Source: an uncultured Victivallales bacterium
GTDB lineage: Bacteria; Verrucomicrobiota; Kiritimatiellia; UBA8416; CAYOBW01
Length of the DNA stretch: 29,411 bases
Reading direction: 5' to 3'
NCBI GenBank assembly: GCA_964555035.1
Contig: CAZKRK010000046.1
Span: 1 to 29,411 of the forward strand
Below the pieces are notes generated by a model. It ran no database searches, was not told the DNA's origin, and worked only from the letters and a program-made list of their open reading frames with translations. Made by a program: the position numbers and the translations under genes. This document shows positions 10,801 to 17,730 of this stretch, piece after piece. Within the stretch, counting starts at the first letter, position 1; each line of letters begins with the position of its first letter.

Positions 10801-13073
10801 CGGACGTCCGCGACATGCAGGCCGCCATCGAACGGGGACTCATGTTCCTGCACGAGCAGAATGTCATTGTCTTGCAGCAAGGACTGGCGGTGTTCCGCTC
10901 GGCCATGACCGTTCGTGTGCTGCCTGAATCGAAAGGGCTGCGCTACACGCAGGACCAGTACCAGGCGCTCGAGCACCACTACCGCGAACGTGTGTTCCAG
11001 GTGCACGTCATGAACGAATACGCCCGGTACGGGATCGAGAAGATCCAGGAGGCGTTGGCTCTGGTTGTGGCATACTTCACAATGGAGAGGGAAGCCTTCA
11101 TTGCCCGCTTCTTCGGATCACGCCGCGAGCTCTTGGAACGTGCAACGACGGCACGCTCATACCGTCGGATTGTCGATGCCCTGGGCAACCGCGAACAGAT
11201 CCGCATCGTGACGGCGCCGCTCAACAAGAACATGCTCATCCTGGCGGGACCCGGATCGGGAAAGACGCGCACCGTCGTCCACCGGTGCGCCTACCTGTTG
11301 CGCGTGAAACGCGTGCGCCCCTCTTCCGTTCTCGTCTGTTGCTTCAACCACAAGGCAGCGCTCGAATTGCGCAGACGCCTCGCGGAGCTTGTCGGCCGCG
11401 ACGCCTGCGGCGTCACGGTTCAGACATACCACGGATTGGCCCTGCGACTGCTGGGGTTCTCGTGCAGCGCGATGAAACCGGACGCTCGCGATTCGCTCGA
11501 CTTCGACAGGTTGATCGTGGACGCCGTGGACCTTCTTGAAGGCGGAAAGGCCGCGGCTGGCCTCGAATCCGACGAAACGCGTGACCGGCTCTTGGCGGGA
11601 TACGAACACATCCTCGTCGACGAGTATCAGGACATCGACGAGGCGCAGTACCATATGATCGGCGCAATCGCCGGGCGGACCCTTGAAGATGGCGATCGCA
11701 AGCTCACCATCCTTGCCGTCGGAGACGATGACCAGTCCATCTACGGTTTCCGCGGCGCGAACGTCACGTTCATTCGCCGTTTCTGCGAAGACTTCGAGGC
11801 CGCCACACACCACCTCGTCGAGAACTACCGGTCTACCCGCTACATCATCGAAGCGGCGAACAGCGTCATTGCCCGCAACCGTGATCGAATGAAGTGCGAC
11901 TTGCCTATTCGCGTTGACGAAGGCCGCCAGCTTTCCCACCCCGGGGGGGCGATTGCCTCACTGCATCCGGAGACAAACGGACGCGTTGCCGTCGTCTCCG
12001 TGCGGGATGACGCCGCACAGGCTGTCGCCGCCGGGACCGAGATTGAGCGGCTTCGGACCCTTGGCGCGAAAGACTGGTCTCGAACGGCAATCCTCTCGCG
12101 AACGCGCCGCGATTTGTCGCTCGTACGCGTCGCGTTGGAGGCGAAATCGATTCCGGTCCAATGGCCTCTGCAGCGCAACAAGCTGCCCTCGATCTACCGA
12201 ATGCGCGAGGTCCATCGTGCTCTCGGCACACTCCGCGAGATGCGAAGCAGCAACAGAACGGCATCGGAGCTCTTCGAGCGCGTCGTCATGCCACCCGGTT
12301 CTTGCGGCAACGCGTGGGCGGGCATGATCGAATCCCTCTTGAGCGCATGGCAGGACGAAACCGGCAACGCCAGCCTTCCCGTTGGTGCTTGCGTCGATTT
12401 CCTCTACGAGTCGCTCGCACAGCGCCGGAGAGACGAACAGTTTGGCGTCGGCGTCGTCCTGAACACGGTCCACGCGGCCAAGGGAACGGAGTACGACCAC
12501 GTTATTCTTTGCGGCGATTGGTCCAATGGGAGCAATGCCGCGGACATCGAAGAAGAACGCCGCGTCTTCTACGTCGGCATGACACGTGCGCGGCATTCGC
12601 TGTGCATTCTCGATCGCGCCGATACGCGCAACCCGTTCCGTGGAGAGCTGGTTGGCCCTTGTTTCGCCCCGCGACATGAGATGGGCCCCGCGAACGGCAA
12701 TCTCGCCTATCGCGACTACACGCTGCTTGGTCTCGATGACATGTTCCTGGACTTTGCGGGCCGGCAGCCGGCCCGCCACCGCGTTCACGAGGCTCTGTCC
12801 GAGCTGAAGCCCGGAGCATCTCTGCAGGCACAAGCGCAGGATGGCCGCGTCTGGCTGGTCCATGGGGCAGGGACAACGATCGGCGCTTTGTCCGCACAGG
12901 CGACAGAACTCTGGCGCGATCGCCTCGACGACATCGACTCGATCCGCGTGGTCGGAATGTACACGCGCCTGCGCGAGGACATCGGCGACAGGAACTTCCT
13001 TGCCCGCATCCGCTGCGACTCGTGGGAAGTCCCGGTCTGCGAGGTCCGCTCCATGCCGGCCGGGCAGGACTGA
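7857..13073 (+). CDS. Giant multidomain helicase-nuclease: DnaQ-like 3'-5' exonuclease + RecQ-family helicase core + unknown ~450-aa middle region + UvrD/PcrA-family helicase core + unknown ~170-aa C-terminal domain
   Basis: Exo I FLDLETT and Exo II [12 protein letters not shown] near the N-terminus. RecQ motifs: [102 protein letters not shown]. UvrD motifs: [98 protein letters not shown]. Single uninterrupted frame. The ORF-track start at 7725 probably over-extends; ATG at 7857 sits immediately before the exonuclease motif. Confidence 0.9.
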   Translation: [1738 protein letters not shown]

Positions 13074-13139
13074 GTTCGTCGATCGCTCCGCCTATGCCGC
13101 CCCTCCGGGGCTTGTTTCCATGCTCGACGCATGTGCGGC

Positions 13140-13251
13140 AAACGTAGGTCCGATTTGCAATCGGACCCAACTCCGGTCGGGTCTGGTCAGCCGTGGCGTT
13201 ATCTGAGGCAACCAGCGGGGTTGGGTCCGATTGCAAATCGGACCTACGTTT
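13140..13251. repeat. REPIN-like inverted-repeat element: perfect 32-bp arms (AAACGTAGGTCCGATTTGCAATCGGACCCAAC) separated by 48 bp; each arm holds a hairpin GGTCCGATT-TGC-AATCGGACC preceded by GTAG
   Basis: 13140-13171 is the exact reverse complement of 13220-13251. Lies between the convergent stops of the two helicase genes. Hairpin core matches the 1855-1985 element at 16 of 21 positions. Confidence 0.85.
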
Positions 13252-13350
13252 ACCGCTCACGCACGTTCCGGCCCTCGGGGAGTCACGAAGCATCCGCTTC
13301 TTCCGCACGAAGGTGTCACAGTTGTTTCCGAGAGGTAAGGTAGTCTGGGC

Positions 13351-16122
13351 CTACGGTCGCGCCAACTCCGCCTCGACGCGCGCGACGAGGTCCAGTCCCT
13401 CTTGGAGAGCACCATCGCCGTCGCTTCCGCCGCCGTCGAAGGCGGCCAGGGCAGAGACGAGGGCTGCGGGTTCTGTCGGGAGCTCGGAACCGTCGCCGTC
13501 GGGCTTTGTTCCGGGACCGTGGTGCAGGACGACGACCGCTTCGCGCCCCGCTCCCAGAACCGTCGCAAGGTGCGGGAGTGCCTGCTCCGCAAGACCCACA
13601 CCCGCCAACGCCTCGACGGCCTTGCGCTCGGCTGCGGTCGTTGCCCAGACCTTGCGTGCCGCGGCACGGTGGAGCTTCGGCTTGGGCCGTTCCCGCGGGG
13701 GCAATGGCGTGTAGCCGTCGGCGGCATGTACCGTATCGATGTCGGCGGACAGCGTGAGGATGCCCATTTCCTGAAGCCGCAGCAGCATCGCGTGCATCTC
13801 CGGCGTAATGACCTCGGCCGTGGCGCCTGCCGCCTCGGCCGTATCGCGAAGCGCATCGAGGTCCGTTCCGGGGCGCGACACGACTACCGTCCCGCCGGTT
13901 TTGGCGTTGCGTTCGATGCCGAGGATGATGTCCGCGTGGCGCGCCGTGAGTTCTTCCTTCAGTGTCCTGGGTTTCTCTTCGCGAGCCGGTGGGGCAGGCG
14001 CCACGGGCTCCCCGCCCAGCAATTCGCCGACGCGCGCCGCAAAGGCCTGGCGACCGGTTTTGCCGCTCGGCCGTTCCTCGAACGCGGCCCCGTCCAGCAC
14101 GGAGTCGGCCAGCGCGGTCTTGTACGCCAACTTGTCGAGCATGGCGCTTTCGATCGAGCGTTCCGCGACCAGGTTGACGACGCGCACGCTTCGCTTCTGG
14201 TGCTTGCGCCAGGCCCGCGCGATGCGCTGCTCCAGCTTCGCCGGATTCCAGGGCAGGTCGAGGTTGATCACGATGTTCGCGGCCTGCAGGTTCAGACCCG
14301 CGCCGCCTGACTCGGACGAGAGAAACACGCGGCAGTCGGCATTCTGCTTGAACATGCGGATCTGCTCGCGCCGTTTCTGCTGGGGGATTCTGCCGGTGTG
14401 TTCCGCGAACCCGATTCCTTTTGCGGTCAGCAGTTCCTTTACGAGGTCGAGCATGCGCACCCACTCCGAGAATATGATGACCTTCGCCTCCGGGTCGTCA
14501 CCCAGCAGGTCGTCGAGGATGTTCTCCAGCTCCTCCAGCTTCGGACAGTCACGGCACTCGGGGTCAAGGATGTAGGGCGTGTCGCAGATCATGCGCATGC
14601 AACCCAGCAAGAGCAGAAGGCGTTCCTGCTCCTTCTTCGTCAACGGGCGCCGTTTCATGATCGAAACGAGCATGGCCACGTCGTATTCGATCTCGGCATA
14701 GCGCGCCCGCTGCTCTTTTGTCATGGAAACGAAGAAGTTCTTGTCGGTACGTTCCGGCAAGGCGTCTTCGACGTCGCTCTTGCGGCGGCGCAACATCACC
14801 GACGAGACCGTGCGGTGCAGCTTGTCCAGGTTCCTGGGGCGGACCTCGTTGTCGGAAGTGAGTTCCATAAACGCGCGCTGAAAACGGAAGAGCGACCCGA
14901 ACACGTGTGGGTCGACGAACTCGACCAACGAGTACAACTCCTCGATGCGGTTTTCCAAGGGCGTTCCGGTCAGCACGAATGCGTATGGACTGCGCACCCG
15001 CTTGATCGTTTTGGCGGTCTTCGTGGGCCAGTTCTTGATGCGTTGCGCCTCATCGAGGATGACGAGGTCCGGAACGAGCAGGCGGTTGATATCGTCCACG
15101 TCATTGCGTACCTGCTCGTAGTTGCAGAGGCTGTACGGATGCTCCTCGGCATAGAGGCGCAGGCGGGCGGGCCGCGATCCGAAGACCGGCTTGGCCTGGC
15201 GGCCGGTGAACTGCATGATCTGGTCCTCCCACTCCGCCTTGAGCGAAGCGGGGCTGACCACCAGCACGCGGCGCACGCGGCCGGACTGGCGCAGCAGCTC
15301 GGCGGCGGCAATCGCCTGCACCGTCTTGCCGAGCCCCATCTCGTCGGCCAGCAGGGCGCGACCGGTGAAAGCCAGATGTGCCATGCCCGCTTTCTGATAG
15401 GGGTACAAGGGAAGGACAACGGGGTTGTCGGTGCGTTTGGCGGCTGCCACGTCGCGATCGAAATGCCGCCGCAGCTCGTCAAGGTCCGTCCTGAACCTCT
15501 CTCGCTCGAGCCAGTAGTCGACGTGTTCGGACAGACGCACGCCCTTCCGCGCCGATGCGGTGAGCATGGCCGTGGCGCGTTCCGCGGCCGTGCACGCGTC
15601 CGTATTGCCGGCCAGGGCGAAGCCTTCATCGCCGAACAGCGACCCCACGCGCCTCTCGACCGCGGCGATGCCCGCTGCCGGCCGCAACAGGCGCAACCGC
15701 GGATTGGGTCCGCGAACGTCCATGAAAATCTCGTAGGCAGGCGATCCCGCCTTTGCCGCGCGGGCAAAGGCGCGCTTCTTGCGGTGCTGGATGAACTGCC
15801 GCACACGCTCGATGTGCTTGCAGCACCCGAGGCGGTTCATGCGGTAGTCCTGACACGAACAACTGTTCAGGTTCTCCGACAGACTCCGAATCTCGACGCG
15901 GTAGGGTTGCTCCCACTGCGTGGACGAGACCTCGAAGAGACCGTGGAAATCGTCACGCATCGCCACGCGGGTGACCTGCGCCTTTTCCTTCTCGGCACTC
16001 TCGCGCCGCAGCACGATGCTCTGCTCATCCGTCGGAAAGCCAACCCGTTTCGGTGGCCGTTTCTGGACCTGTTTGGCCTTCTTGCTTCTGCGTTTCTTCC
16101 GCGTCTTCCGTTCCAAGCTCAT
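13351..16122 (-). CDS. SWIM-zinc-finger SNF2-family helicase/ATPase with ~280-aa C-terminal extension of unknown function
   Basis: Basic N-terminus, then SWIM CxC...CxH (CSCQDYRMNRLGCCKH). SNF2 motifs: LLADEMGLGKTVQ, DLVILDEAQRIKN, LTGTPLENRIEELYSLVEF, and helicase-C LSSESGGAGLNLQAANIVINLDLPWNPAKLEQRIARAWR. 923 aa. Confidence 0.9.
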   Translation of the reverse strand: MSLERKTRKKRRSKKAKQVQKRPPKRVGFPTDEQSIVLRRESAEKEKAQVTRVAMRDDFHGLFEVSSTQWEQPYRVEIRSLSENLNSCSCQDYRMNRLGCCKHIERVRQFIQHRKKRAFARAAKAGSPAYEIFMDVRGPNPRLRLLRPAAGIAAVERRVGSLFGDEGFALAGNTDACTAAERATAMLTASARKGVRLSEHVDYWLERERFRTDLDELRRHFDRDVAAAKRTDNPVVLPLYPYQKAGMAHLAFTGRALLADEMGLGKTVQAIAAAELLRQSGRVRRVLVVSPASLKAEWEDQIMQFTGRQAKPVFGSRPARLRLYAEEHPYSLCNYEQVRNDVDDINRLLVPDLVILDEAQRIKNWPTKTAKTIKRVRSPYAFVLTGTPLENRIEELYSLVEFVDPHVFGSLFRFQRAFMELTSDNEVRPRNLDKLHRTVSSVMLRRRKSDVEDALPERTDKNFFVSMTKEQRARYAEIEYDVAMLVSIMKRRPLTKKEQERLLLLLGCMRMICDTPYILDPECRDCPKLEELENILDDLLGDDPEAKVIIFSEWVRMLDLVKELLTAKGIGFAEHTGRIPQQKRREQIRMFKQNADCRVFLSSESGGAGLNLQAANIVINLDLPWNPAKLEQRIARAWRKHQKRSVRVVNLVAERSIESAMLDKLAYKTALADSVLDGAAFEERPSGKTGRQAFAARVGELLGGEPVAPAPPAREEKPRTLKEELTARHADIILGIERNAKTGGTVVVSRPGTDLDALRDTAEAAGATAEVITPEMHAMLLRLQEMGILTLSADIDTVHAADGYTPLPPRERPKPKLHRAAARKVWATTAAERKAVEALAGVGLAEQALPHLATVLGAGREAVVVLHHGPGTKPDGDGSELPTEPAALVSALAAFDGGGSDGDGALQEGLDLVARVEAELARP

Positions 16123-16269
16123 GTGCGCCTCAATACGTTGTCCGTGAATAAGCGATGTCCGGCAAGACTAGCCATGGAGAGGGGCGGGGTGCAAGAACTC
16201 TCGCAACCCTAACGACAGAAACGTGACCGATGACGTGGGGTAGCCATAGAAGCAAGCTCGCCGGCGCTC

Positions 16270-16297
16270 AGGCTCACACCTTGTAAAGTGTGAGCCT
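16270..16297. promoter_or_regulatory. Perfect palindrome AGGCTCACAC-cttgtaaa-GTGTGAGCCT between the regulator stop and the SNF2 promoter region; candidate operator (copy 1 of 2)
   Basis: 10-bp perfect stem with 8-nt A/T-rich loop. The same stem sequence recurs at 16898-16929. Confidence 0.55.
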
Positions 16298-16871
16298 ACC
16301 CCTCCATGCAAGCGATTCGTACCAACTCATGCGCAAGAGGCGATAACTTCCGCGCCAGGGCGTATGTCCCGCGTTGGTTCCGGACGACAATGTCACGGCG
16401 CACCAGTTTGCTCACATGACGCTTCATCGCCGGCAGAGAAATGCCGCATCGAACAACCAGTGCCACAATCGACAACCCCGGCGAGCGATTCAGTTCCCGC
16501 ACGATCCGGATGCGTCTAGGATGTGTGAAAGCTGTAAGGTTCCGAAACGCCCCCTCGATGGCGCCTAGGCGCCTGGAAAGCTGTCGTTTCATCGCGGTGA
16601 CAAGGGCCTCGGAAAACGAGATCGTGCTGTTTGGAGACACAGTGTACACGACCCAACGACTCGTCCGCCGCGCATCCAGGATGCCTCTGGCGTTGAGAGC
16701 CCGAAGACATTGGCTCGCACTGGATTCCGATATGCCTACCTGCGCGGCGACATCGGAGACGCACTGCCGTTGATGTCGAAGCAGAAACCGCAACACAGCG
16801 AGCCGTCTCCGGTTCGCCAATGCCCGGCATGTGCGCCAAAGCGTAGGACTGAGTGAACGCGCGTTCTCCAT
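16296..16871 (-). CDS. Tandem winged-helix (two ArsR/SmtB-like HTH domains) transcriptional regulator
   Basis: First wHTH: LANRRRLAVLRFLLRHQRQCVSDVAAQVGISESSASQCLRALNARGIL...WVVYTV. Second wHTH: HPRRIRIVRELNRSPGLSIVALVVRCGISLPAMKRHVSKLVRRDIVV. ATG at 16871 preferred; the ORF-track start 16907 is a GTG inside the upstream palindrome. Confidence 0.7.
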   Translation of the reverse strand: MENARSLSPTLWRTCRALANRRRLAVLRFLLRHQRQCVSDVAAQVGISESSASQCLRALNARGILDARRTSRWVVYTVSPNSTISFSEALVTAMKRQLSRRLGAIEGAFRNLTAFTHPRRIRIVRELNRSPGLSIVALVVRCGISLPAMKRHVSKLVRRDIVVRNQRGTYALARKLSPLAHELVRIACMEG

Positions 16872-16897
16872 ACCATCTCCAAGTAGACACCTCAACG

Positions 16898-16929
16898 CCA
16901 GGCTCACACGTTATAAGGTGTGAGCCTGG
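16898..16929. promoter_or_regulatory. Perfect palindrome CCAGGCTCACAC-gttataag-GTGTGAGCCTGG ~30 bp upstream of the regulator ATG; candidate autoregulatory operator (copy 2 of 2)
   Basis: 12-bp perfect stem, identical core to 16270-16297; the two loops differ but both are A/T-rich 8-mers. Confidence 0.55.
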
Positions 16930-17062
16930 CGTCAATCAGAAACTCGTGGCATCGGCATCCAAGCCAGGTTCCTTGACTGCGGCGACTACTACGACGTTGG
17001 TCTTGACAAGTACTGCCCACTGAGCGCTGGGATGGCAGAAGTCCTTACCTCGTGGAACTATC

Positions 17063-17170
17063 GGTGACACCATTGATTGATGATTCCCGATTGATGATTT
17101 GTGATTTTCGAAGTACTTCACAAATCATCAATCATAAATCGCTAGTCATCAATCAGACGAAGGTGTCACC
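17063..17170. promoter_or_regulatory. AT-rich extended palindrome built from GATT/GATGATT iteron-like units (TGATTGATGATT, CCGATTGATGATTT, GTGATTTT | AAATCATCAATCA ...), bounded by GGTGACACC / GGTGTCACC and centred on TTCGAA
   Basis: Low-GC island in a ~68% GC background. Outer 9-bp inverted repeat plus several internal inverted iterons, seen directly. Confidence 0.6.
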
Positions 17171-17361
17171 TTCATTTTCCGCGGTGCAGTCATCCCGGTC
17201 AGAGCGTAGATTCAACGTAGCCGCCCAGAGGACAAGTGTTTGCGACGAAGCCACGGTTCTGTGTGCGGCCGGGCGGGGTAAGGTTCTCTGGATGGAGTAG
17301 AAGGAAGTCCTCGTCTGTTTCCCAAAGTGCACTCACGTTTGCTCTCAACGCCGGTGTCGCC

Positions 17362-17462
17362 CACAACCCAAGTGTGGCATAGGTAGAAAAACGGGAAGGT
17401 AAGAAGATGGGAGAATTGACGGCATCATCTTTCTACCATCCCATCTTTCTGCCTATCATCTC
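17362..17462. repeat. ~100-bp dyad-symmetric element, copy A (CAACCCAAGTGTGGCATAGGTAGAAAAACGGG...CCCATCTTTCTGCC)
   Basis: ~75% identical over ~100 bp to 28362-28465; both copies have internal inverted repeats GGYAGAAAAAYGGG / CCCATYTTTCTGCC. Confidence 0.7.
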
Positions 17463-17575
17463 CTACACAGGGCTTGGCCAGATTTCTAGTTCTTCTTGCG
17501 CCCCTCGCCCGGCTAAGCCACTACGCCTCGGCCGGGACTTCTCCCGGCAGAGGGGGGCCGCATTCGTGGGCAGTC

Positions 17576-17625
17576 CATTGATGATTGTCGATCGCCGATT
17601 GCCGATTTCTGAAGTTCGAAAACCA
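17576..17625. repeat. Second GATT-iteron block (CCATTGATGATTGTCGATCGCCGATTGCCGATTTCTGAAGTTCGAA), related to the left half of 17063-17170
   Basis: Shares the word order CCATTGAT..GATT..CCGATTG..GATTT..TTCGAA with 17068-17112. Confidence 0.5.
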
Positions 17626-17704
17626 GCAATCAGACCGGACTGCGCGTCGTCGTCACTGCAGACTGAACAGTCTTTTGCCTATTCGCCCGCTGTAGGCGGC
17701 CTAG

Positions 17705-17730
17705 CGGCGGAGGACCGCCGTCTCCAGTGG
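17705..17730. repeat. REP-like hairpin motif CGGCGGAGGACCGCCGTCTCCAGTGG, copy 1 of 3
   Basis: Hairpin CGGCGG-AGGA-CCGCCG followed by TCTCCAGTGG; near-identical copies at 20826-20850 (inverted) and 20939-20964. Confidence 0.7.

Noticed and set aside
14398-16212. 604-aa plus-strand ORF antisense to the SNF2 gene (similar long antisense ORFs at 17791-19011, 21611-22717 and 27052-28419)
   Set aside because: No recognisable motifs and Arg/Ala/Gly-biased composition. High-GC genomes generate long stop-free antisense frames; the sense frames carry unambiguous SNF2, lipoprotein, membrane-protein and SPFH signatures.
17052-17300. 82-aa ORF across the AT-rich palindrome
   Set aside because: Reading frame is generated by the GATT repeats themselves (MICDFRSTSQIINHKSLVINQ); no RBS, no plausible protein features.
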